Shown here: piece by piece, positions 52,684 to 64,000 of the stretch
How positions within the stretch are numbered: the first letter of the stretch is position 1
How the letters are laid out: every line of letters begins with the position of its first letter
Assembly (NCBI GenBank): GCA_000146045.2
Contig: BK006945.2
Location: 576,001 to 640,000 of the forward strand
DNA length: 64,000 nucleotides
Origin: TPA_inf: Saccharomyces
Lineage: Eukaryota
Direction of reading: 5' to 3'
Position numbers and translations under genes: made by a program
The notes under the pieces: model-generated
Seen by the model: only the letters and a program-made list of their open reading frames with translations
What the model was told of the DNA's origin: nothing
The model's database searches: none

Positions 52684-55600
52684 CTAATCACTACCGTGAA
52701 AAAAGCAGTTCCATAAGTGTTCATTACTGACTTCTTGGTCTACCACGCTTATCTCAAACTTCGCATCATCGCTTTCCTCATTATCCGTTTCATCTTGTGC
52801 TTCGTCGTATTTATCGCCTTTTTTTGACTTCTCCTTTCTTTTGCGCTCTTCGAGTATACATTTATATCTGAGGATGTTTTCTTCAACGGTATTTCTGATC
52901 ATGAAATTCCACACAAAAGTTTCTTCATCTTGTCCTATACGATTATTCCTTCCCATAGCTTGTAATTCATCACTATTATTAAGGATAGGATCTAGTAGGA
53001 AAATATGTTTTGCATTTATCAAATTCAGGCCGGCACCTAAAGTTTTCACATTCAAAAGTAGGCAAGTGACGGAAGGCTGGCGTTTGAAGTTATTTATAGT
53101 TTCGCCAACATTGGCTGTATTAGATAGACATGCCAAGTGTTCAATGTGATACAACTTTAATACCTTACCAATGACCTTTAAATATTCTGTCTTTTGAGAG
53201 TATAGAATAACTTGTGGCGGATCAGCGTTTTCCTGCTCACTTTTTAGCCTCAGGTAAGATATTAACTTGATGACGAAATCAATCTTAGCACCAAAACTTT
53301 CCTTTATGTGAATTTGATGGACTTCATTAATTTGATGGAATTGCTCGTATTTATTTCCGAATAATTTTTCTACTTCACTCATATTGGATATAATCGAGTT
53401 TTCATTTGAATTATCTTGAGACGAATCGGCGCCCTCTCTTCGTGGCTCTTGAATTTCTTTTTCCCTCTTCTCCGTTGAGTTCTTGAACTTAAAGTTATAG
53501 ACTTCCGATATACTACAGAAACCTTTGCATATAGGGCATTTACTATGGGCTCGTAGCCACGTAAGGATACAACTCTTGCAAAAATAATGTCCACACTTAA
53601 TGATAGCACCTATTTCAACTTCTCCCAAACAGATAGAGCAGCTCAATATTTGATTATCGTTTAATGTGTCTTTCAATCTGGACAAATTTTTTAAATATAT
53701 CAGCCGTGATTCAATGTTATTGATTTTTGCATCTAGTGTACCGCCCAATGACTTATTGATAGTTCTTATTAGATGGCTGAGTTGTGGAGCACTCAAAGAG
53801 TGCAAGGACACCAATGAATCGGAAATCCTCTGTAATTGACTATAATATTCCGTCTTGGCATTATAAATCGATCCCAGGATTTTCAAAGATTCTCTTACCT
53901 GTTTATTGTACTTAAACAGGCTTTTACTTTCAACTTCGTACTGAAGTAAGTAGTCCTCAAAATTTTGAATGGTAGATTCACTTTCATTGCTTGAGGATAT
54001 CCGTCTTACTATCCTGCTGTTCTTCAGTTCATCAAAAACAGTTCGTAGAGGTGTTCCTGAAATCAAGCGCAAGCTGTTCAATAACTGCTTTTGATATTTT
54101 GAAATTATTGAACCTTCCGGTACCAAATGCTTCGGAATTTTAACTTCTGATTCTGAAGTTAAAATATTGTCCCTATTCTGTAAAATTATCTCCAAGCAAC
54201 CAAGAAGACTGAATATCTTATCTTGACTGTCAATCGATGTTGAATATTCTTCATTACCGATAATTTTATTAGTGCTATCATCGTCCTCTGTCCTGTGGAC
54301 AGGTTCATAGATAATAATGAGTAACTCATCCAATAACTCGTTGAAGTTTTTAGTTTGTTCATTCAACCCTTCTATCAACTTACTCAAAGACTTGAAACAA
54401 CGAGATACTGCTAAATTAGATGAGTAGTCATTTTTGTGGTCAAATTCAATATTGATTAATCGCAAAGGTATATTGCTCGTCATAGGAGCAAACTTAGTTC
54501 TGGCCATTTTAATAGTCATATCAACTTTTCTAGCCTCAGAGGAGAGGATTGACTTCCTCAAAATTTCTGCATTCGCATAATTTTCTTGTTCTAAAAGTCT
54601 ATTCTCTTCAATTTCCTCTAACTCATTTTTTGGAAAAACATCAGAATACACCACTTCTTCAGTCTTCTCTTTTCGATGCTTGTCGTCCGCCTCTTCTAGC
54701 TTACGAGTGCCCAAGTTATAGTAAACAGAACCGAGGAAGAAGTAGCAATCATGCAGTAAATTCATCATAGCACGTAATCCTTTCTTCTTCAGGTGGTTGG
54801 ATAACATTCCGTCATTGTTGTGATTATCATGGTTTTTAGCACCATTTATTTCTCTATCGCTTTCGTCGCCTGAAGATGTTTCCTTCTCACCAAACCTCTC
54901 GTCCATATGTTCGTCCTCATCTTCACTGAGGTTTAACGACTTATCAAACGGATCCTCAACGTTGAATTTTTGGCGTATGTGTATCATCAAATCATCTCTG
55001 ATTTTGATAAATGATTCAAGGGCTTTGGCCGGAGTATTGGAAATTTCAAGTTCATACTGTGCCTGCTTGATCGATAAATGGAATCTCTCTCTGTAATAGC
55101 CAATTAAACTGTCAAATGCATCCATTCGCATGGATATTAAGATATCGTCTATATTTGAAATTCTTGACAAGTGCCCGTGAAGGCGCTTCTGTCGGGTACT
55201 TAAAATTTCTGGAAATAATGCATGGCAACATATATATCGCAGCCTAGACAACCATTCGTTTAAAAAGGCATTGCTTACACGGGGTGATCCACTGCCATCC
55301 GAATTATAGCCACTCAACTCTAAAAAATTGTTCCAAAGATTTAAATAGTTGTCCCACTCGATAGGCGCAAACTCCAGGGGAATGATGAAGTTGTGTTGCC
55401 GCGGAATATGAATCTGAGACGCAACATTGGCTTTCGAATGCCTTATGCAAAGATCATACCTGTAAAAAATGTTCATACAATCCTTGATAGAAAACCGAAC
55501 GCCCTTTAATTGGCATACAAAATCATTACTAGTGTAATCTTTAGCCTCATTTCTTAGTTTAATTTCTTCTTGAAGTGTCCGAATAAAGTCTACCTCATCA

Positions 55601-57354
55601 CAAAATGGATGCAGCTTTAAATAAGACATGATCATCCTAAAGTTGTAAATGTTCTGTATTGGAGTCCCGGAAACACCCCAAGTGTGTATTCTATGAAGTA
55701 AACTCGTGCATTTTGCAGAATATGTTGATGAACTACGTAGCATTTGAACTTCATCCAGAATGATTCTATAAAACTGCATCAAAGCTAACGGTGAAGAATA
55801 GTCATACTTTGGGCTTTTCAACCTTCTCGATCTGATACTACGGTTAAACTCAGCATGATGGACCTCCGTGGCAATAATGTTATATGATGTAACTATAATA
55901 TCGTATTGGCACAATTGTTGAACAGCTTCGTCCACAGTTTTGCAATCTTTCATTATCTCATTATATCCTCTATAGGTATACCATTTTAAGGAATTTGCGT
56001 GTAATTCGATTTCTTCGAGCCATTGTTTTAAGATAGCATTGGGACAGATAATCAAAGTCGTCTTTGTCTTCGTGATTGTTCTATTTTCATCGTCAATAAA
56101 TGTTGCCTCTGAGTCCTTCAATTTCCTTCTATTTAAGAGTATTAGTGATAAAATTTCAATAGTTTTGCCCAACCCCATCTCTTCTGCTAACACCCCCTTT
56201 GCACAAACTGGGTAGTCGCCGCTTAACCTTTCCTTCCTATATTGGTTGTACAAATGTGCAGCATCTTCTGTAGTTAGAATATATCCTGTTAATTTGTTCC
56301 ATAACAATGATGGCCCTACCTCGTCAGGGCTGCGTGCAATGAGCTCGTAACCGTATGCATAGTACTCGTTCATAAAATCTATAAGCCCTACTTCGTCGAT
56401 GACTGTAGGTGTATCACTAAGAGAATTACCATGCCCTTCTTTAATTAGCATCCACTCAACGCTCTCTCTTTGAAATGGTAAGAGGTTAACTTTTAGGTCT
56501 GGTATAGATTGGGGTAAGAACGGTTTGATCTTTGATAGCCTATCTTTACTATATTCCAAGATTTGAGAAATAAATTGTTTTTGAATGAAGTTTGAATGGA
56601 TATGGCTGTGCTTGTGATATCGCTCAAATTCGTTCTCGTCCCTATTAGAGAACGTCAAGTCCAGTATTTGGTTAGCCTCCACGGAAAACCGGTTGAATTT
56701 ATTATTTAAAAACTTCAACTTCAAATTAAAAGATAAAACCCATGTTAAAGAGGAATCATTGTATCGGAATACGACTGGAGAGCATTCAAAATCTTTGTAG
56801 GACAAAGATAATTCGTGTATACGACTTTTTAGTAATTTTTCAGGATCGTTAACATTTGAATTTTTTTTTCTTCTCTTTCTTGATGGTTTGCGTTCTAAAG
56901 ATTTACGATTTTCTAACTGATTTCGTAGGGCCCTTTCTTGGTTTTTATGAGCACATATATCCAAGATCAGCGGAAGTTGTTTGTCAACAGCGATTTTTGA
57001 ATTGTTCTCCATTTTAAATCCAATTTGAAATAAGGATACGGAATCTGACGACACAACAAGTGTTGCCTCGTTATCATTTTCACAAGGTAAGATCTCTATA
57101 TCAACAATAAATTTAAATAACTGCCTACCGTTGTTGGAAAGACTTATTCGCTCTGGTATTTCGATATTTACCGAGGCAACGTTGATTAATTCTTTTCCGT
57201 TCTTGCTAACTTTTTGAGTTACAGTCTCTTGTTCCTGATTTAGCGCTGGCAATGCTGCTATCACTGAATCAAAAGAACCATTTTCTAGGAAAAAGTCGCA
57301 TTTTTCGGCAGTCACGTTGTACTCCCTTGCTAATAGCGCACCTACTGCAGACAT
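52684..57354 (-). CDS. IRC20: SNF2-family ATPase with an embedded C3HC4 RING finger (E3 ubiquitin ligase), 1556 aa
   Basis: SNF2 N-terminal helicase motifs (LAEEMGLGKTIE, DEVQMLRS) and a RING CSICLGEVEIGAIIKCGHYFCKSCILTWLRAHSKCPICK inserted before the helicase C-terminal lobe (motifs around LNLINAKHIFLLDPILN, QAMGRNNRIGQ). Length matches YLR247C. Confidence 0.88.
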   Translation of the reverse strand: MSAVGALLAREYNVTAEKCDFFLENGSFDSVIAALPALNQEQETVTQKVSKNGKELINVASVNIEIPERISLSNNGRQLFKFIVDIEILPCENDNEATLVVSSDSVSLFQIGFKMENNSKIAVDKQLPLILDICAHKNQERALRNQLENRKSLERKPSRKRRKKNSNVNDPEKLLKSRIHELSLSYKDFECSPVVFRYNDSSLTWVLSFNLKLKFLNNKFNRFSVEANQILDLTFSNRDENEFERYHKHSHIHSNFIQKQFISQILEYSKDRLSKIKPFLPQSIPDLKVNLLPFQRESVEWMLIKEGHGNSLSDTPTVIDEVGLIDFMNEYYAYGYELIARSPDEVGPSLLWNKLTGYILTTEDAAHLYNQYRKERLSGDYPVCAKGVLAEEMGLGKTIEILSLILLNRRKLKDSEATFIDDENRTITKTKTTLIICPNAILKQWLEEIELHANSLKWYTYRGYNEIMKDCKTVDEAVQQLCQYDIIVTSYNIIATEVHHAEFNRSIRSRRLKSPKYDYSSPLALMQFYRIILDEVQMLRSSSTYSAKCTSLLHRIHTWGVSGTPIQNIYNFRMIMSYLKLHPFCDEVDFIRTLQEEIKLRNEAKDYTSNDFVCQLKGVRFSIKDCMNIFYRYDLCIRHSKANVASQIHIPRQHNFIIPLEFAPIEWDNYLNLWNNFLELSGYNSDGSGSPRVSNAFLNEWLSRLRYICCHALFPEILSTRQKRLHGHLSRISNIDDILISMRMDAFDSLIGYYRERFHLSIKQAQYELEISNTPAKALESFIKIRDDLMIHIRQKFNVEDPFDKSLNLSEDEDEHMDERFGEKETSSGDESDREINGAKNHDNHNNDGMLSNHLKKKGLRAMMNLLHDCYFFLGSVYYNLGTRKLEEADDKHRKEKTEEVVYSDVFPKNELEEIEENRLLEQENYANAEILRKSILSSEARKVDMTIKMARTKFAPMTSNIPLRLINIEFDHKNDYSSNLAVSRCFKSLSKLIEGLNEQTKNFNELLDELLIIIYEPVHRTEDDDSTNKIIGNEEYSTSIDSQDKIFSLLGCLEIILQNRDNILTSESEVKIPKHLVPEGSIISKYQKQLLNSLRLISGTPLRTVFDELKNSRIVRRISSSNESESTIQNFEDYLLQYEVESKSLFKYNKQVRESLKILGSIYNAKTEYYSQLQRISDSLVSLHSLSAPQLSHLIRTINKSLGGTLDAKINNIESRLIYLKNLSRLKDTLNDNQILSCSICLGEVEIGAIIKCGHYFCKSCILTWLRAHSKCPICKGFCSISEVYNFKFKNSTEKREKEIQEPRREGADSSQDNSNENSIISNMSEVEKLFGNKYEQFHQINEVHQIHIKESFGAKIDFVIKLISYLRLKSEQENADPPQVILYSQKTEYLKVIGKVLKLYHIEHLACLSNTANVGETINNFKRQPSVTCLLLNVKTLGAGLNLINAKHIFLLDPILNNSDELQAMGRNNRIGQDEETFVWNFMIRNTVEENILRYKCILEERKRKEKSKKGDKYDEAQDETDNEESDDAKFEISVVDQEVSNEHLWNCFFHGSD

Positions 57355-58251
57355 TTACCGTCGAATAAGTTGGCCTTTCCTGGAGTTCATTCCTTTAGAC
57401 AGCGCCTAGAAAGTGGCAAATCAATACATTCATCAGCCACATTTCATCAGCTGTAGATCTGGAAAAGACGGGTAGCAGTTCGAGTGTTCCGAAAAAGGAA
57501 AAAACGAGCCTTATCCTTGGTCAGAGATGCGAGCAGGTAATTCCTTGAGCTCTCATAGGAGTGAAGCTATCCCAGACTCCTTGGATGTCCCTGTATTTGC
57601 GGTCAAGTTTGTTCTTTGACTGGTTCGTCATTTCGAGCTCACTTAAAAACAGGAGTTATTCAGCTACATCTTCAAGCTAATAAAACATCCGTTGCGCAGG
57701 CACTCTTTTTAGTAGTTGCCATTTCCTTTATTCTTGAAAGTACGAAGGCTGAAAAAGAGCCACTACGATCCAAAAAATCACCGTTAGTTTTAGTCGTCCA
57801 CGAGTACGTTGGCATAAAGTCTAGTAATCTTTTTACTTTATAGCAATCAAGAGAAAAAAGGAGGATAAAGGGACATTTATTTGTTATTGTTTTTTGTTCT
57901 TTTTAAACTTTTTTACTGGCTAGGTTTAAGGTTATAATTATAAATCCAGTGATTAAGAGGAAACCTCGTCAAGAATCCTAGATAATAGTAATCAGCGACA
58001 GTTATTTCAACGAAGTCAAACTCTATCTCTGGGGCTTTATCTCTCCTATTGACATCTAACTTTTTACAAACGCTTACTAGAAAAGACGGATCGGCCAAAG
58101 AAAAAAAAAGAGTGACATCGAAAAAATTAAAGAAAATAAAATCCCAGATAGTTCATACGTTATTTGAAGTACAAACATTTAACGATTGGAAAAGACGAAA
58201 GTATTGTTAAGAGTACTGCTTATTTAGAGAGGATCAAACAAAATCTCTTCG

Positions 58252-60084
58252 ATGCTTAAAATAAAGGCCCTTTTCTCGAAAAAGAAACCGGATCAGGCAG
58301 ATTTGTCTCAGGAATCTAAAAAACCATTCAAGGGTAAGACCAGGTCAAGCGGTACAAATAACAAAGATGTTTCCCAGATTACTTCTTCCCCTAAGAAAAG
58401 CTTTCAGGACAAAAATATAGTTCAGTACCCGAGTGTTGTCGCAGATGACCATCATATGAAGTCTTTAACCGATGAATTAGTAACCACGATAGACTCGGAC
58501 TCTTCACCGAGTGATAATATTACCACGGAAAATGTGGAAACAGTTACTTCCGTGCCAGCTATCGATGTCCATGAAAGTAGTGAAGGTCAATTAAGTTCCG
58601 ACCCCTTAATATCTGACGAATCTCTTTCGGAACAAAGCGAGATTATCAGTGATATCCAGGATGACAGTACTGATGATGACAATATGGAAGATGAAATTCC
58701 GGAAAAATCCTTCCTCGAACAAAAGGAATTGATAGGTTACAAGCTGATCAATAAAATCGGTGAAGGTGCTTTTTCAAAAGTCTTTAGAGCCATACCTGCT
58801 AAAAATAGTTCTAATGAATTTTTAACTAAAAACTATAAAGCTGTTGCCATTAAAGTTATCAAAAAGGCAGATTTATCCTCGATTAATGGTGATCATCGTA
58901 AGAAGGACAAAGGGAAGGACAGCACTAAAACTTCTTCCAGAGATCAAGTCTTGAAGGAAGTTGCACTACATAAGACGGTTTCCGCTGGTTGTTCACAAAT
59001 TGTCGCGTTCATAGACTTCCAAGAAACAGATAGCTATTATTATATTATTCAAGAGTTACTAACCGGTGGGGAAATCTTCGGCGAAATTGTTAGGTTGACC
59101 TATTTCAGTGAAGATTTATCAAGGCATGTAATCAAACAATTAGCACTGGCTGTTAAACATATGCATTCACTAGGTGTAGTGCATCGTGATATAAAACCTG
59201 AGAATCTTCTTTTTGAACCGATTGAATTCACACGCTCTATAAAACCAAAATTGAGGAAATCGGATGATCCGCAAACAAAGGCAGACGAGGGAATTTTCAC
59301 ACCAGGAGTTGGTGGTGGTGGAATTGGTATAGTAAAACTAGCTGATTTTGGTTTGTCTAAACAAATATTTTCCAAGAACACCAAGACTCCTTGTGGTACA
59401 GTCGGTTACACTGCCCCTGAAGTTGTCAAAGATGAGCATTATTCTATGAAAGTGGATATGTGGGGGATTGGTTGCGTTTTGTACACAATGTTATGTGGGT
59501 TCCCGCCATTCTATGATGAGAAAATTGACACTTTAACTGAAAAAATATCAAGGGGTGAGTATACCTTTCTGAAACCTTGGTGGGATGAAATCAGCGCCGG
59601 TGCCAAGAATGCCGTGGCTAAGCTATTAGAACTAGAGCCGTCTAAAAGATACGACATTGACCAGTTTTTGGACGACCCATGGTTAAATACATTCGATTGT
59701 TTACCAAAGGAGGGCGAATCTTCACAAAAGAAAGCAGGTACTTCCGAAAGACGCCATCCGCATAAGAAACAATTCCAACTATTTCAAAGAGACTCCTCGC
59801 TACTGTTTTCACCAGCTGCTGTTGCTATGCGTGACGCCTTTGATATTGGTAATGCTGTGAAACGTACCGAAGAAGACCGTATGGGAACACGTGGAGGATT
59901 AGGCTCGCTTGCTGAGGACGAAGAATTGGAAGATAGTTACAGTGGCGCCCAAGGCGATGAACAGCTGGAACAAAATATGTTCCAATTAACGCTGGATACG
60001 TCCACGATTCTGCAAAGAAGAAAAAAAGTTCAAGAAAATGACGTAGGGCCTACAATTCCAATAAGCGCCACTATCAGGGAATAG
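58252..60084 (+). CDS. RCK2: CaMK-like Ser/Thr protein kinase, MAPKAP-kinase homologue and Hog1 substrate (610 aa)
   Basis: Kinase subdomains [25 protein letters not shown] (LADFGLSK) and GTVGYTAPE, with a glycine-rich insert ([10 protein letters not shown]) typical of Rck1/2. Length of 610 aa. Confidence 0.9.
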   Translation: MLKIKALFSKKKPDQADLSQESKKPFKGKTRSSGTNNKDVSQITSSPKKSFQDKNIVQYPSVVADDHHMKSLTDELVTTIDSDSSPSDNITTENVETVTSVPAIDVHESSEGQLSSDPLISDESLSEQSEIISDIQDDSTDDDNMEDEIPEKSFLEQKELIGYKLINKIGEGAFSKVFRAIPAKNSSNEFLTKNYKAVAIKVIKKADLSSINGDHRKKDKGKDSTKTSSRDQVLKEVALHKTVSAGCSQIVAFIDFQETDSYYYIIQELLTGGEIFGEIVRLTYFSEDLSRHVIKQLALAVKHMHSLGVVHRDIKPENLLFEPIEFTRSIKPKLRKSDDPQTKADEGIFTPGVGGGGIGIVKLADFGLSKQIFSKNTKTPCGTVGYTAPEVVKDEHYSMKVDMWGIGCVLYTMLCGFPPFYDEKIDTLTEKISRGEYTFLKPWWDEISAGAKNAVAKLLELEPSKRYDIDQFLDDPWLNTFDCLPKEGESSQKKAGTSERRHPHKKQFQLFQRDSSLLFSPAAVAMRDAFDIGNAVKRTEEDRMGTRGGLGSLAEDEELEDSYSGAQGDEQLEQNMFQLTLDTSTILQRRKKVQENDVGPTIPISATIRE

Positions 60085-60488
60085 CAACTTTCCCTTCTGT
60101 TTCAATCTTTTTACCTATTCCTTTTTAAAAGATATATATACATTAAACTCCTTCTACAAGTATATATTTTATACATATCTACAGGGCGTATATATACATA
60201 ACATTTTAAGATAAGCAAGTGAATGTTGATTCCCGTTTCTTAGTCAACACTTCTTTCTATTTTACCCGGTCGTTACCCTATTAAAAAAACAACTTACAAT
60301 CATTGTTCGCCCCTTCCATACTTACTGCCACTCGCAAAAGGGCCCAACCAGGGCAATTACGTATCAAAAAATCATGACAGGCTGGGTAATAAATATTCGT
60401 GAAGAAAGAAGAAATTAAAAAAAGAAACGAAGAAGCAAAAAAAAGAAAAGACTCCGTTTAATCACTTTCAACCGCGGTTTATCCGGCC

Positions 60489-60581
60489 CCACCCATGCAT
60501 AACCCTAAATTATTAGATCACTTAGCACGTGAAAAAGAAACGTTTTTAATGTTTTTTTTTTTTTTTTCTTTTTCTTTTTTT
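60489..60581 (+). promoter_or_regulatory. YEF3 upstream region: Rap1-like site, CACGTG E-box and 30-nt T-rich tract
   Basis: CCACCCATGCATAA (60489–60502) resembles the Rap1 consensus ACACCCATACATTT with one G-for-A difference. CACGTG lies at 60526–60531. An almost pure T tract runs 60552–60581, about 200–290 bp upstream of the YEF3 ATG. This is motif-level only. Confidence 0.4.
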
Positions 60582-60779
60582 GCGTTGGTGAAAATTTTTT
60601 CGCTTCCTCGAGTATAATTATCTCATCTCATCTTTCATATAAGATAAGAAGTTTTATAAAAACCTTTTGCATCAAAATTTTGTAGAATATCTCTTTTTCT
60701 TACGCTCTCTTTCTTTCCTTAATTGTTTTCTAAAGAACCGTGTATTTTTCTAGTTCGAATCCATCGATAACATTAAAAG

Positions 60780-63700
60780 ATGTCTGATTCCCAGCAATCC
60801 ATTAAGGTTCTAGAAGAACTATTCCAGAAGTTATCTGTTGCCACTGCTGACAACAGACACGAAATCGCTTCTGAAGTCGCTTCTTTCTTGAATGGTAACA
60901 TCATTGAACATGATGTTCCAGAACACTTCTTCGGTGAATTGGCCAAGGGTATCAAGGACAAGAAGACCGCTGCTAACGCCATGCAAGCTGTTGCTCACAT
61001 TGCTAACCAATCTAACTTGTCTCCATCTGTTGAACCATACATCGTCCAATTGGTTCCAGCTATCTGTACCAACGCAGGTAACAAGGACAAAGAAATTCAA
61101 TCTGTTGCTTCCGAAACTTTGATTTCCATCGTTAACGCTGTTAACCCAGTTGCCATCAAAGCTTTGTTGCCACATTTGACTAACGCTATTGTCGAAACTA
61201 ACAAATGGCAAGAAAAGATTGCTATTTTGGCAGCTATCTCTGCTATGGTCGATGCTGCTAAGGATCAAGTTGCCCTAAGAATGCCAGAATTGATTCCAGT
61301 CTTGTCTGAAACCATGTGGGACACCAAGAAGGAAGTCAAGGCTGCTGCTACTGCCGCCATGACCAAGGCTACCGAAACTGTTGACAACAAGGATATTGAA
61401 CGTTTCATTCCAAGTTTGATTCAATGTATTGCTGACCCAACTGAAGTTCCAGAAACCGTTCATTTGTTAGGTGCTACTACTTTCGTTGCTGAAGTTACTC
61501 CAGCTACTTTGTCCATCATGGTCCCATTGTTGTCCAGAGGTTTGAACGAAAGAGAAACCGGTATCAAGCGTAAGTCTGCTGTTATTATTGACAACATGTG
61601 TAAGTTGGTCGAAGACCCACAAGTTATTGCTCCTTTCTTGGGTAAATTGTTGCCAGGTTTGAAGAGTAACTTTGCTACCATTGCTGACCCAGAAGCCAGA
61701 GAAGTTACTTTGAGAGCTTTGAAGACTTTGAGAAGAGTTGGTAACGTTGGTGAAGACGATGCTATTCCAGAAGTTTCTCACGCTGGTGACGTTTCTACTA
61801 CTTTGCAAGTCGTTAACGAATTGTTGAAGGACGAAACCGTTGCTCCAAGATTTAAGATTGTCGTCGAGTACATTGCCGCCATTGGTGCTGATTTGATCGA
61901 TGAAAGAATCATTGACCAACAAGCTTGGTTCACCCACATCACCCCATACATGACTATCTTCTTGCACGAAAAGAAGGCCAAGGACATCTTGGACGAATTC
62001 AGAAAGAGAGCTGTCGACAACATTCCAGTTGGTCCAAACTTCGACGACGAAGAAGACGAAGGTGAAGACTTATGTAACTGTGAATTCTCTTTGGCTTATG
62101 GTGCTAAAATCTTGTTGAACAAGACCCAATTAAGATTGAAGAGAGCCAGAAGATATGGTATCTGTGGTCCAAACGGTTGTGGTAAGTCCACTTTAATGAG
62201 AGCTATTGCCAACGGTCAAGTTGATGGTTTCCCAACCCAAGAAGAATGTAGAACCGTCTACGTCGAACACGACATTGATGGTACTCACTCTGACACTTCC
62301 GTCTTGGATTTCGTTTTCGAATCTGGTGTTGGTACTAAAGAAGCTATCAAGGACAAATTGATTGAATTCGGTTTCACCGATGAAATGATTGCTATGCCAA
62401 TCTCTGCTTTGTCTGGTGGTTGGAAGATGAAGTTGGCTCTAGCTAGAGCTGTGTTGAGAAATGCTGATATCTTGTTGTTAGATGAACCAACTAACCATTT
62501 GGATACCGTCAACGTTGCTTGGTTAGTTAACTACTTGAACACCTGTGGTATCACTTCTATCACTATTTCTCACGACTCCGTTTTCTTAGATAACGTCTGT
62601 GAATATATTATTAACTACGAAGGTTTGAAGTTGAGAAAGTACAAGGGTAACTTTACCGAATTCGTTAAGAAGTGTCCAGCTGCTAAGGCTTACGAAGAAT
62701 TATCCAACACTGATTTGGAATTCAAGTTCCCAGAACCAGGTTACTTGGAAGGTGTTAAGACTAAGCAAAAGGCTATTGTCAAGGTTACCAACATGGAATT
62801 CCAATATCCAGGTACCTCTAAGCCACAAATCACTGACATTAACTTCCAATGTTCTTTGTCTTCCAGAATTGCTGTCATTGGTCCAAATGGTGCTGGTAAG
62901 TCTACTTTGATTAACGTCTTGACTGGTGAACTATTACCAACCTCTGGTGAAGTCTACACCCACGAAAATTGTCGTATCGCTTACATTAAGCAACACGCTT
63001 TTGCTCATATCGAATCTCATTTGGACAAGACTCCATCTGAATATATCCAATGGAGATTCCAAACCGGTGAAGATAGAGAAACCATGGACAGAGCTAACAG
63101 ACAAATCAACGAAAACGATGCTGAAGCTATGAACAAGATCTTCAAGATTGAAGGTACCCCTAGAAGAATTGCCGGTATCCACTCCAGAAGAAAGTTCAAG
63201 AACACTTACGAATATGAATGTTCTTTCTTATTGGGTGAAAACATTGGTATGAAATCTGAAAGATGGGTTCCAATGATGTCCGTCGACAACGCTTGGATTC
63301 CAAGAGGTGAATTGGTTGAATCTCACTCTAAGATGGTTGCTGAAGTTGATATGAAGGAAGCTTTGGCTTCTGGTCAATTCCGTCCATTAACCAGAAAAGA
63401 AATTGAAGAACATTGTTCCATGTTGGGTTTGGACCCAGAAATTGTTTCTCACTCCAGAATTAGAGGTTTGTCTGGTGGTCAAAAGGTTAAGTTGGTCTTA
63501 GCTGCCGGTACATGGCAAAGACCTCACTTGATTGTCTTAGATGAACCTACCAACTATCTGGACAGAGATTCTTTGGGTGCTTTGTCTAAGGCTTTGAAGG
63601 AATTTGAAGGTGGTGTTATTATCATTACTCACTCTGCTGAATTCACAAAGAACTTGACTGAAGAAGTCTGGGCCGTCAAGGACGGTAGAATGACTCCATC

Positions 63701-63914
63701 TGGTCACAACTGGGTTAGTGGTCAAGGTGCTGGTCCAAGAATCGAAAAGAAGGAAGACGAAGAAGATAAATTCGATGCTATGGGTAACAAGATTGCCGGT
63801 GGTAAGAAGAAGAAGAAGTTGTCTTCTGCGGAATTGAGAAAGAAGAAGAAGGAAAGAATGAAGAAGAAGAAGGAATTGGGTGATGCTTACGTTTCTTCTG
63901 ACGAAGAATTCTAA
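60780..63914 (+). CDS. YEF3: Translation elongation factor 3, ABC-F ATPase (1044 aa)
   Basis: N-terminal HEAT repeats, two ABC cassettes (Walker [10 protein letters not shown] / GPNGAGKST; signatures LSGGWKMKL / LSGGQKVKL) and a C-terminal Lys-rich tail. Strong yeast codon bias. Length of 1044 aa. Confidence 0.95.
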   Translation: MSDSQQSIKVLEELFQKLSVATADNRHEIASEVASFLNGNIIEHDVPEHFFGELAKGIKDKKTAANAMQAVAHIANQSNLSPSVEPYIVQLVPAICTNAGNKDKEIQSVASETLISIVNAVNPVAIKALLPHLTNAIVETNKWQEKIAILAAISAMVDAAKDQVALRMPELIPVLSETMWDTKKEVKAAATAAMTKATETVDNKDIERFIPSLIQCIADPTEVPETVHLLGATTFVAEVTPATLSIMVPLLSRGLNERETGIKRKSAVIIDNMCKLVEDPQVIAPFLGKLLPGLKSNFATIADPEAREVTLRALKTLRRVGNVGEDDAIPEVSHAGDVSTTLQVVNELLKDETVAPRFKIVVEYIAAIGADLIDERIIDQQAWFTHITPYMTIFLHEKKAKDILDEFRKRAVDNIPVGPNFDDEEDEGEDLCNCEFSLAYGAKILLNKTQLRLKRARRYGICGPNGCGKSTLMRAIANGQVDGFPTQEECRTVYVEHDIDGTHSDTSVLDFVFESGVGTKEAIKDKLIEFGFTDEMIAMPISALSGGWKMKLALARAVLRNADILLLDEPTNHLDTVNVAWLVNYLNTCGITSITISHDSVFLDNVCEYIINYEGLKLRKYKGNFTEFVKKCPAAKAYEELSNTDLEFKFPEPGYLEGVKTKQKAIVKVTNMEFQYPGTSKPQITDINFQCSLSSRIAVIGPNGAGKSTLINVLTGELLPTSGEVYTHENCRIAYIKQHAFAHIESHLDKTPSEYIQWRFQTGEDRETMDRANRQINENDAEAMNKIFKIEGTPRRIAGIHSRRKFKNTYEYECSFLLGENIGMKSERWVPMMSVDNAWIPRGELVESHSKMVAEVDMKEALASGQFRPLTRKEIEEHCSMLGLDPEIVSHSRIRGLSGGQKVKLVLAAGTWQRPHLIVLDEPTNYLDRDSLGALSKALKEFEGGVIIITHSAEFTKNLTEEVWAVKDGRMTPSGHNWVSGQGAGPRIEKKEDEEDKFDAMGNKIAGGKKKKKLSSAELRKKKKERMKKKKELGDAYVSSDEEF

Positions 63915-64000
63915 TCTTTTTGATCACTGCTTTCACAGTTTTCTTTAAGATTTTTATTGATCAATAATTTATGTATATTTTAATTTCTATGTTTTTGTAA

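Noticed and set aside
60831-62023. Several minus-strand ORFs (145, 166 and 81 aa) antisense inside YEF3
   Set aside because: Very strong codon bias in YEF3 depletes stop codons on the opposite strand. These ORFs have no homology signal.
1-64000. CRISPR arrays, operon-like clusters and defence islands
   Set aside because: No short direct repeats with unique spacers are present. The organism is a eukaryote with monocistronic genes.

Overview
This window is nuclear DNA from Saccharomyces cerevisiae, chromosome XII right arm, running from the 3' end of MSC3 (YLR219W) to YEF3 (YLR249W). I base this on recognising many of the encoded proteins directly (CDC42, YEF3, RCK2, VPS34, TOP3, ECM22, CCC1, Ty1 Gag/Pol and others). 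The rest were placed from gene order and from protein lengths I recall. Gene density is typical for yeast, about one gene per 2 kb on both strands. The only introns are in the three tRNA genes. The accessory content is a classic retrotransposon landing zone upstream of a tRNA-Leu(UAG) gene (16.5–24.0 kb). It holds a solo Ty4 tau LTR, a full-length and apparently intact Ty1 element (17145–23062, 5-bp target-site duplication GAATA, canonical CTTAGGC +1 frameshift site), a solo diverged delta LTR and a further degenerate LTR remnant. The other two tRNA genes are tI(UAU) with a roughly 60-nt intron and tL(CAA) with a roughly 32-nt intron. The ORF track evidently allows TTG/GTG starts, so several track ORFs carry false N-terminal extensions. 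I give first-ATG starts instead. I find no evidence for an undescribed system such as a defence island, a toxin pair or a CRISPR array. Apart from the Ty/LTR cluster, everything is accounted for by well-known yeast genes. The findings below are modest: Ty insertion structure, low-complexity coding repeats, promoter elements and an ORF-poor interval.
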